Source: Takakia lepidozioides (taxonomy: Eukaryota; Plantae; Bryophyta). Taken from it: a stretch of 64,000 nt of DNA. Position numbers and translations under genes: made by a program. The stretch covers positions 54,188,001 through 54,252,000 of the forward strand of contig CM060734.1 of assembly GCA_030704615.1 (NCBI GenBank), in the 5' to 3' direction. Numbering within the stretch: position 1 is the first letter of the stretch; every line of letters begins with the position of its first letter. Positions 49,612 to 60,500 of this stretch are shown one piece after another. The notes beneath the pieces were generated by a model that worked only from the letters and a program-made list of their open reading frames with translations, had not been told where the DNA came from and searched no databases.

Positions 49612-50580
49612 ATGGAGCCGGACAGAGCGGCTACTCACATGCTCCGGTGTCGAGAGCGTGACGATGCTATTTGGCAACGTGAAGAGGCCCGGTGTCGAGA
49701 GTATGGTATCAACAAGTGCACATGCCCTTGCAGGAAGTGTAAGGGTGGAGGACGACCTTTCGCATTAGACAGAGTGAGAAAACATCTAATGGAGATTGAC
49801 AGACCCCCTGCGTTCAGATCCTGGAGAGGAAGGAGGCACGCTTCTGACGATGAATGGGAAGAAGAGGCCATGGAGGTCGGTCAGGACGTAGCTTCAGCAA
49901 ATGGAGGGATTAATCGGGATCGTGTTGCTGGAATCGCAGGACAGCCTCACCGGACACACGGACAACTGAACATGAATGTTGAGGTGCAGCGCATGATCCA
50001 AGAGACCTTTCAGATCATAGATACACCTGAAATTGCAAATGGGGCAGAAGTGGAGTTAGATGATATATATGTTCAATGTGACACGAACACCCTAGAAGAA
50101 GCCCATGACCTGATTGCGGGTGGGGACTCTCACACTGATGATCCCATCTCATTGGAAGAGGCATGTCTACCTTTATATGAAGGCTGTAAATCCTCTAAGC
50201 TTGCAGCCACCATGCTTATAATGAATCTATGCACAACACATGGGTTTACAAATGGCTTTGCGGAGGAAATGTTCTCTTTGCTGCAGAAAATCTTGTTGCC
50301 ACAACCAAACGTACTACCCATATCTTTCTACCATGCAAAGACCATGGTGAGCAAGCTTGGGCTTGCTTATGAGAAGATCGATACTTGCCCAAAGGGGTGT
50401 GTGTTGTTTAGGGATGACTTGAAAACTTCATAGAGTTGCCTTAAGTGTCAAAGCGCCCGATTAAAAAATGTGGGGAGATCCAAGGTACCTGTTAAGGTGC
50501 TTCGACATTTTCCATTGATACCACACCTTTTGCGTATGTATAGATGCTCTTCTATTGCAGAATTAATGACCTGGCACAGT
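49612..50580 (+). pseudogene. CACTA TnpD-like transposase, 5' part, truncated
   Basis: CPCRKC..VRKHL; PLYEGC..SKL; LPQPNVLP.SFY.AK..LGL.YEKID.CPKGCVLFR; after a stop, KVLRHFPLIP.L.RMY..AELMTWH. Confidence 0.93.
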
Positions 50581-51479
50581 CGGAATGCATGCTTGCTGGG
50601 CCACAGAATGAAAAAGGAAATGAGAGAAAAAATGTGTCAAACATAATGGCCAACTGCTCCCGGTCACCACCCCTTCATTCTCCACTCCACGGACAATCAA
50701 ATCTACTTAGGGGAGCCCCAGTTCTTCTGCACATGACATAGACAGTACATGTCAAACAATCCAATCTCAGTCTTGACAACAACTTGTTGGGCAACACCTC
50801 GACTGAGATTTATATCTCGCAATTTGACAGCTCAATCGAAGTTGATGAGAAGCACACAATCCGAGTTCAAATCTCAATGGTTGGGCGATCAAAACAAACT
50901 GCCTTCGACTAGTATATCATGTATCACCCTGGAGGTGTCTACCTCTGTTGTACTGGCAGACTTAATCTCCATACAACAGATCTGAACTCTACAGGAGTTA
51001 TGTGCAGAAGTCGAAGCACCTAGTCATTGGTGAACTCAAAGGCCTGTGAACTCTCCAGTGGTGCATTGACTTAAGAGGGCAATGAGGGTATTGTACTCCC
51101 TTCCCCCAATTCTATTGCTGAATTTACAGAGTTGGAGACATTGCGCTTTTGTGCTTAAGACCCACCATGGTGCATCCCTTCGCAAGTGGGAGAATTGAAT
51201 AAGTTACTGGTGAGCGTGATGAGCGTCAGTCACGATCCACAATTGAGAACATGTCCCTACCGAAGACTTCATATCCTGCCCACCTCAAGTGTGGGTCCTG
51301 CCTCTGCTTTCATGCTGTCACATGTGATGCATCCAGCAATGACATGATACTTTATAACGTAAACCCAAAAGAATCGAACAAGGAGGAGAGAGGGTCCATC
51401 CGATCCCACTTGAGCAGCTCGAAAACAACTTATATTGCTTGAGCTGTAGGAAGATCTCTGTGAGAGTCTGGTTGTGTAT

Positions 51480-51730
51480 CGGAATAAGACTATAGTATTT
51501 CCCAAGGATCCCATCATAGAAAGGACAGGAAAGAAGAAATGTTCTTCACTTTCACTTTCTTTGCTGTTGTCCCTGGCGCAAATAAGGCACAGGCGGTCCT
51601 CACGCTGCAGGTGCCAGTCTCCATCCACAGAAAGGAAGGAGAACTGCATCTCACTACAGGTTTTTCGTGCGGGATTCACACAAGCACACTCTGAGGCAGT
51701 AGCAGCTCTGGACTGAGGACACAAGTAGTG
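51480..51730 (-). mobile_element. LINE 3'-end relic (RTEX-like zinc-knuckle region)
   Basis: RCSS..METG in one frame, then REDRLCLIC..ESEEHFFF. Confidence 0.6.
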
Positions 51731-52274
51731 TGCATCTCCCGGCCGATGGTGAGCACCGGCAAGTTTAGTGGTGAATAGTAGCTACATTCACACTTTGTAT
51801 CTTGATTCTAAACTGCATTGGGAGTAATAGACACAGATCCGTGCTTGCAGCATCATGTAAGAAAGCAGAGCCTTGTCAACTTGCATGTTACTATTTCATA
51901 TTGAACTCACCGCTCCATCTTGCAAATGCTGTTCGAGAATGACGTGAGTCCGGGACTAAATGTATGATCTTGGAGAGTTAGAGACAAATTTGCCGACACC
52001 GTTGCAACTGTACTTCTTGTTAGGCTGCCAAGAAAACGACTGCAAGCCCCCAATGTTGTGTCTGTCTACAATGTTGACGGACTTTCTCCTTGTGCCAGGA
52101 GCCGTCTCAACACACAGACTTTCAGCTCCCCCTGTGCCAAAGGAGGTTTCAACCTTCTGTCCAGGGAGACACGATGCCTTAATCTGGAGGTGCTAAAAAA
52201 CGAGTGCAATAGCAGTGCATAGACCGTGTTGACGTTTAGATACATGACGTCCATGCTGAGGTCTTGTTGTGGGT

Positions 52275-54686
52275 TAAGTAGTTAAGGTTGTGTAAACCAT
52301 CACTTTTCTCACCTTTGCTTTATCGTGCCACCTGCCAGGAGGTGAACAGAAATTTGATAGCAGCACAAAAGCTCCGGCGTGCTCTGGATGGATCCGTCCA
52401 GAGAGTGCTTTTTGCCACACGTTCTGCTATCTCCACATCTCCATGAATTCTGCAAGCACCAAGCAAAGCTTTCCAAATAGCATCACCCACTTTCATTGGC
52501 ATTTTGTTAGCGAAGTTCTCTGCCTCATCCAGTTGCCCTGCACGGCCAAGTAGGTCCACCATGCAGCCATAATGCTCCATCATAGGAGTGAGGCCATGTT
52601 GACACATGGACTCAAAGTAGTGATGACCTTCATCAACAAGGCCGACATGGCTACATGTCGAGAGAACACACATAAAGGTGATGTTGTCGGGCCTACAGTC
52701 TTCCTGGTCCATGTGTTCAAATACTTGGAGGGCCTCCCTACCACACCCATGTTGAGCATATCCTGCAATCATTGAGTTCCAGGAGATCACATCCCGTTGA
52801 ACCATATTATCAAACACGTGACGTGCATCCTTTATGCTCCCGCATTTCGCATACATGTCAACCAGGGTATTTTGCAGAATGATATCCGGTGTGATTCCAG
52901 CTTTGGCAATGTACGCATGCACCTCTTTGCCCTTTTCAAGTGCTGCAAGGCTGGCACACACATTGAGAACACAAATGAATGTGATCCTGTTGGGCCTTAT
53001 CCCTTCCTCTAGCATTTGCTCATAGATCTCCAAAGCTTCCCTACCAAAACCATGCTGGCCACATCCTGCTATTATGGTGTTCCAGGAGACCACATCTCGT
53101 TGAGGCATATTGTTGAAAATTTGACGTGCATCCTTTATGCTCCCGCATTTGCCATACATGTCAACAAGGGTATTTTCCAGATTAATATCGGGCCCCATTT
53201 TGGCTTTGACGATGTCAGCATGGACTTTTATGCCCTTGTCCAGTGCTGCCAAGCTGGCACACGCATTGAGAATGCAAATGAAAGTGACCTTGTCAGGCGC
53301 TACTTTTTCTCCTATCATTCGATCATAAATCTCGAGAGCATCCCTACCACACCCATGCTGAGCATATCCAGCTATCAAGGCGTTCCATGAGACCACATCT
53401 CGTTGAGCCATGTTGTTGAATAGTAGACACGCATCCTTCATGCTCCTGCATTTGGCATACATGTCAATGATGGTGTTCTCCAGAATGATATCCGGCCCAA
53501 TTTTAGCTCCAATGATGTCTGCATGGACTTCTTTGCCCTTTTCCAGGGCTACAACATTGGCGCATGCATTGAGAACGGAAATGAATGTGACCCTGTCCGG
53601 TATCACCCCTTTCTGTATCATTTGTTCATAGATCTCAAGAGCTTCTTTACCACTCCCATGCTGAGCATATCCAGCTACCATGACATTCCATGAGATCATA
53701 TCTTGTCGAGCCATTTTATCAAAAACTTGGCGTGCACGTTCCATGCTCTGACATTTGGCATACATGTCCAGAAGTGCAGTCTCCAGAATGATGTCTGGTG
53801 CAATCCCAGCTTTGCATATATTAGCATGGACCTCTATGCCTTTTTCCAGGGCAGCCAGACTCGCACACGCCTTGAGAATGGAAATGAATGTGATCCTGTC
53901 AGGAGTCAAACCTTCCCCTATCATTTGCTCGTAGATCTTCAAAGCATCCCTACCACACCCATGCTTGGCATATCCTGCTATCATTATATTCAACGTATAC
54001 ATATCTCGTTCTGGCATATTGTCAAACACTTGGCGTGCATCCATCATACTCCCACACTTGGCATACATACTGACAAGGGTGTTGAGTACAATGATGTTTG
54101 GCTCGAATCCACTTTGAGTAGCATGGGCATGCACCTGCTTTCCCTCTGCTAGGCCTTTTATGTTGATGCACTCCTGTAAGAGACTAATATAAGTATTGGA
54201 GTCAGCACGAATACCTTGTTTTTTTAAAATGTGCAGCGCCTCTTTCAGTCGTCCTGCCTGACACAATGTCCCCACATCCCCACGCATGCCAGAAAAGTTC
54301 TTGCGCACTACCTTTCTCAGTCCTTCCAGCAAACGTTGTGGTGGTTGTGTTTCATACTCACACCCCTTGACAGCCTGCATTTTACCAAACCCTGTCTGTT
54401 GGCCAGTGTCTGGACCATCGTCCGATTGTGCTTGACCTTGTACCATGGAAGCTGGCTCTGTTTTCACCCAAGCAGGGAACTGACCCTCAATGTGAAGGGC
54501 CTTGATTGTGTGCTTATGTCGGAAGTCTGGTGATCTTTGACTTTTCTGCGACAACCACCAATTGGCAAAGGAATAACCGCTGCTGACCAGGCTCACCTTA
54601 TCAGGCCTGTTCTCCCACCAATGTGAAGAGTCTGAGAAGAAGTCCGGCCAGCACTGTTCTATGCTTATGGCTTGGCCTGCAAACAT
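52275..54686 (-). CDS. PLS-class PPR protein (five L-S-P type triplets, L2-S2-E1, frameshifted E2, no DYW) with an N-terminal OSB-type PDF motif; upstream exons likely
   Basis: 788-aa ORF 52320..54686 with five MY(A/G)KC S motifs, then HYGCMVDLLGRAGQLDEA and W.ALLGACRIHG. The N-terminus reads W.DFFSD.SHWWENR..K..PDFRHK.T..AL. E2 continues in another frame. Confidence 0.92.
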
Positions 54687-56554
54687 CAGTAGAACCTCAA
54701 TCTTTTAGCAGCTCCTAGTTGCCAGACTCAGCTAGTCACAGCTTAGAACAGCAGTGCAGCTGCTGGCTTGATTATTGGCAATGCAAACCATAGCCACATA
54801 TACCATGTACGTTTTGGACTTACCCATCCCAGGGAATCGAGTGTTAGTGTAAAGACTGCTTAGACATCATGGAAATATTGTTAATTGCGGCTGCAAGGAT
54901 GTAACCAACCGGTTAGAGTGAACTCAAAATCAATATAACTGAACTACTTGCAGCATGATTCTGAGAGCTCTATGTGCAAGAACTGTCATAATTCTCACTC
55001 TGAGAGGAAACCTGGTGGTATTTATCCAGAAACGGAGAAACCATGGCCAGAAAATAGCCAAGTAATACGTAGAGATCTCTCTCACACAAATTTAATCGAG
55101 GGAAGAAAGGAGAGAAACCGGAGACAGTCTAAGAGACCCCAAAAGACAAGCAAAGAGATACGTGGGTATACCTTCCCCAGGTTTCCCTGCAGGCTGGGTC
55201 AGCCTAATAGCCATCACTCGAAGGGGTCTGGAGCACAGCATTGCCAAGATGGGTGACCGTTTCAGCTCCACCCTTCTTAATCTGCACCCTGCCATACTTC
55301 TGAGCGCGCATGCTGCCATAACTGTTGCCTGGGAGAGATACATTCCTCCTTCCTCTTATCAAGTCACAACAGTATCTTATCTCCATAGATGAAGAGCCTG
55401 GTTCGGAAGGGAGCAATTCCAGGTGCTGTTGTACCCTTCAGATCCAACAATTCGTGACCAGCTGCTGTTAACAGAGCTTCCTAATCTCTACACGCAGAAT
55501 ATCAAGCCCTTCACGTTGGAGTACTTCACCGCAGAATTCCAGATTGGAGGCCTAGTCTGGATAATCGCATCGACTCTCCGCAAGTTCCCTCTGCAACAGA
55601 TGTTGAGCAATAGCATTCCACTTTTTGTGGGTCCATCTGATTGTCAATTCTTACCTTCATAACAAAATCATCTGCTACTACTCCCACTTCATTAGCATAA
55701 ACATCATTGCGGAAGTACTTGCTTCTCACCCTGCTTTGCTGACGGGAATACGCACCTCATACAAAGACTTGCAACTACAAATTTCGGAGCGAGGTGCAAA
55801 ATACCTACACAGCTTGGTTCTATCCTGTTTTCAGTTGCGAGCCACAGTTCGATGCCTCTGCTGTACCCATCGTACCGGGCCGGCCATGGAAATTTAGTGC
55901 GGCTGAGGCCCTCGGACGCATTTTTGATGGCTGCGATGCTCACCTGGCGGGAATATCTCGCCTCGTAAGGTGCCATCCCCTCTAACTAAGAAATCCTGGC
56001 GGGGTCTTTGCGCAAATGGAATCCATCTCTTCTGACCAGGAATCAGGATGTGAGGTCGTTTACACGATTGAAGGGAGGGCTCAAAAGCCCCTGGATCCCT
56101 AGATCAGACACCCGACTTTCCGGTCGAGAGGGATGCTTATCATAGTATTTGCATGCCCACCGAAGCTCAAAAACGTGGGAAGGATCTGATGGGACACAAC
56201 TAGGCTCTGCCTCTTATGCCTGTGAACAAGCTCAAGCACTACCGTGCAAAGAGCCTCAATGAATCTTTGTCTAAGTGACTGCTGATGCCTGCCTGGCTTG
56301 AGTGGTGTGGTGTGTATACCTATCCGTTCAGTGCATTGCGACAGTCATAGGTGACAAGACATCCAGTAATATCACGTGTGCTGAGTAGTAATCAGTTAAC
56401 ACAAGTGAGCTATCATCTTGTCCGGTCAGAGGTCTCTGTCCGGTGATAGGGTTACCTTATGGCTACTGAAATCAATCATGCTTCTGTGTGTTTTCTGAGG
56501 TGAGGGAATGTTATCTTAAGGTTCCAATTCTTTGGTGCTCTTGCTGTCAATTTG

Positions 56555-57547
56555 CTAAATCATGATGGCTGCCTGTGTATCCCACTTGAGAAGGTTTTTG
56601 CTGCAAGTTCCACTAGCTCCACATTGCAATGCTCCACAACCAGCACCTGGTTTGACTGGCATTTGATTAACAATGTCTTCTGCCTCATCCAGTCGCCCGG
56701 CACGGCCAAGAAGATCCACCATGCAGCCAAAATGCTCCACTGTGGGAGTGAGGCCATGATCTTGGCTCATGCACTCAAAGTAGTGACAGCCTTCATCCAC
56801 TAGGCCCACATGGCTACGTGCAGAAAGAACAGCTGTAAAGGTGATAGCATTTGGTTTCAAACCTTCCCATTCAATTTGTTCATATAGTTGAAGAGCCTTC
56901 TTACCACACCCATGTTGAGCATATCCTGCAATCATCGCGTTCCAGGAGACTACATCTCGTTGAGTCATTTTCTCAAACACTTGATGTGCATCCTTTACGC
57001 TCCCACATTTGGCATACATGTCTACAAGGGTATTCTCCGGGATGATATCTGGAGCGAGTTGGGCTTCCATGATCTCAGCATGGACCTCCTTGCCCTTTTC
57101 CAGGGCTGCCAGGCATGCACATGCATTGAGAACACCAATAAATGTGGCCCTGTCGGGTTTCACTCCTTCCCGTATAGCTTGCTCATAGATCTCCAACACC
57201 TCCCTACCACACCCGTGCTGCACATAACCTGCTATTATAGCATTCCATGACCATACGGTCAAACACTTGGCGAGCATCCACCATGCTCCCGCCTGTGGCC
57301 TACATGTCAACAAGGGCCGTCTCCAGCATCATATCCAGCCTTGTTCCTGTTTTAATTATGTCAGAATGGACCTCCATGCCCTTACCCAAGTCTGCCAGGC
57401 TGCTACAAGCTTTGAGAATGCATTAATGTGACCTTGTTTGGCATGACCCCTTCTTGTAGCTTTTGCTCATAGATCTTGAAAGCTTCCCTACCACAACCAT
57501 GCTTGGCATATCCTGCTATCATTATATTCCAGGTAAACATATCTCGG
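56555..57547 (-). pseudogene. Second PLS-PPR paralogue, degenerate, interrupted on its 5' side by L1
   Basis: WNAIIAGYVQHGCGREVLEIYEQ..LVDMYAKCGSVKDA..HFGCMVDLLGRAGRLDEA; it closely resembles 52320..54686 and has deletions and frameshifts. Confidence 0.92.
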
Positions 57548-57562
57548 TTTTGTTTTGTTTTG

Positions 57563-57593
<31 letters not shown>

Positions 57594-60500
57594 TTTTTTT
57601 TCCTTTCAGGGGGATTCTAGCCCCGACAAATTTATTGAAGAAGAGGTAAGGAAAAAATAACCTTATAGAGAGCCATAAGGCAGATTACAGAGGTACCACT
57701 CAGAACCAACATTACAGAAATCAAGGAAGATGAATCTAGACTAAGTAGGAATTAATTCCTTACATAGTCGAAAACAGGGAGAAGTGAGGAGAAAGGATAG
57801 AGCTGAAGTGTCCACCCTACAGAGATGAACCTGTCCAGCAAGAAGAAGGAGAGCAGGACCTAGTCTGCCAGAAAACATCCTACATATTGCCTCGTTTCCT
57901 CTTAGGACCCTCATAAGTAAGCTGTGTCTTTGCTTTTGCTTTCCTAGAGCCACTACGTTTGTGTCTCCAATTTATTTCCGTGTCTTCATTCTCCAGCGGA
58001 GTCTGTTTCGTACTAATTGAGCTTCCAACAGGCAGGGGGGGAATCTTCCCACACAATTCTTGTGTCTTCAATTCTCCTGCAGAAAACAAAGTCCTTCCCC
58101 CAAGATTCGTCGAACTTGGCAAAGAGTTGGGATCTTCGATTGCTGTGACACTTGGAAAGAGCTGTAAGCAAAACAGACCAAGCTTTGCGAGCCTCAGACC
58201 TAAGGTCTGAGTGAGCCAGATAAAGAACTTTCTGCACACACAAGCCTCTCTTTCTGATATACCACACAACACCTCATTTTCCACAGCTTCCAAAGGATTA
58301 TCCCTCTGAGAGATTCCCACACTGGACAAGAAGAGTGCATTCTGCCATTCTTAACATTAAGCAGCAAACCCGAGGGAAATGAATCCAAGTCAGAAGACCA
58401 GAAAGAGTATAGAGAAAGGGCCTTGTCCCAAACAACTTGAGCGAAAAGGCACAACACCAAGGCATGTTCCAAGTTTTCATTAGCAGCCGGGTTGCAAGAA
58501 ACACATTGCGAAGGTGAATCTTCAAAGTTAGCTGCCACTGGCAAGATTCTGTTAACCACCTTCCACAGGAAAGCCGTTATCTTAGCAAATCTGTGTTTTT
58601 TCCAGATGTCTCCCCAAACTAGTTTCCACGGCACCGCAGGTCCAAGCAGATGTTGCCACTTTAAAGACCACTTACAATCAAAACCTCTTTTAGGCATCAA
58701 CAACTTGTACCCCAACTTAACCGAATATTTGAAGAAAGGATATGTCCTTTATTCATCCATATCCACTCCCCAGGGTCAAACCGTAGCAGCTTAAGGGGGG
58801 CTGATAAAAACCAGCGGAAATTCTCACCATACTGTTCCATCGGAGGCAACCCATTGCAGCCTTGTGGAATACTCACTGACTTTGGAAGGAGAAGGTTACC
58901 ATCTTTACTCACCTCAAAACCAGTGCCATGTAAACCAAAGCTATCCTGTGCAATAGCATAAGTGGCCTTGGGTTGGGAATCCATACAATACCCCAACCAA
59001 CCGGGAAGAGGCTGTAGATGAGGTTCAGCCAGTATTCTCATCCAGTTGTCAGGGAGATCTCCCATAACTGCATTCCAACCAGCAATAACTCTTTGCTTGG
59101 ACAGTTGCTTCGCAGCAGATTCAGAAAAGATAAGGGACAAGGAGCTGTCATCCCAGAAATGAATAATATGGGCTAAACCTGCAGCTTCCCATTCCGCCCA
59201 TCGTTTAGAACAAGGAATCAGAGCTTCTTTATCCCGATTATAATTCCCAAAGAGAGGTTGTCTCAACACCTGGCTAAAGGAAGAGGGACTTAGCTGAACC
59301 AGGAAGGGACACAATTTGCACCATGCCATCCAGATTGACTGCCACGCCCTTGAACCCAACCCAGGGTTTTCATTGAGCTTCCCACCTTGCATAATCCACC
59401 TAAGTGAATGAGCCCATTTATCACTGGAAAGCGGGGTGGCAGCCAGAAAGTTGAGTCTAACCAGCTGACTCCAAGGGCTTGAAAGGTGAGTAAATGCACG
59501 GGGAACGCATTTGGCAAGCAAAGCAGTGATCTGCGCTTGGGGGTCTAGCACCCCAAGACCCCCATTTTTTTTGCTTTGAGTACGTTGGTCCCAGCTTACT
59601 AAGGCTCTTTTGGATGAGGCAGCGGGAGTAGCACCCCAAATAAAGTTCCTCATAAGGGATTTTACCTTTCTTATTATGAGAGCTCCCGGCGACCAAACCG
59701 AAGCCAAAAACCACAGTGAAGCCAAGAGCACTTGGTTAACAATTAATGCTCTACCCACGAGCGACAGATGCAAGGAACACCAATGTGCAAGCTTCTTTTT
59801 AAGTTTTGTAAGGATAGCAGCAAACTTGGTATCATCTGAGAGATCAATTCCCACCAACTGACCTAAGAGCTCGTGTGATTCCCCATCCGATAGCCATCTC
59901 AAACCAAATTCAATGCCCCATGGGGCAATGTGTGCTGCAACAGATGGGTCTGCCAATCGATTTAATAAACCAACAGATTTATTCCAATTGATTTTAAGAC
60001 CCGAGGCTGCACAAAATGCCTTCAACGAGTTGAGAGCCGCATGGACATTGGAAAGAGAAGAGTTGTTAATGAACAAGGATGTGTCATCAGCATAAAGCGA
60101 AGAGCGAATGGAAGAGGAAAAGTCATTCGGGAAATTAGGAACAACCAGACCCAATGAGTCTTTCTCTTATCCAGTAAGTGACCCAAACCATCTGCTGCTA
60201 TAAGAAAGAGAAAGGGGAACAACGGACACCCTTGTCTTACAGATTTGAACAGAGGGAAGGGTTTGGAGACCACGCCATTGACCACCACTCTACTGGAAGC
60301 TGCAGAAAGAAGGATTTGAATCCACTTAAGGAAGTTCCCTTTGATCCCAACAGCTTCTAGGGCTTTCAAAAGATAGTCCCAATTAATGTTATCAAAGGCC
60401 TTTTCGAAGTCCAACATTAACAGAGCTATAGGCTGGTTATCAATGCGAGCCAGATGCAGTGCCTCATTGGTAAGAAGAATGTTATCAAGGATCATTTTGT

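Noticed and set aside
52572-54533. Several + strand ORFs overlapping the PPR gene
   Set aside because: Antisense shadows of repetitive PPR codons with no independent motif.
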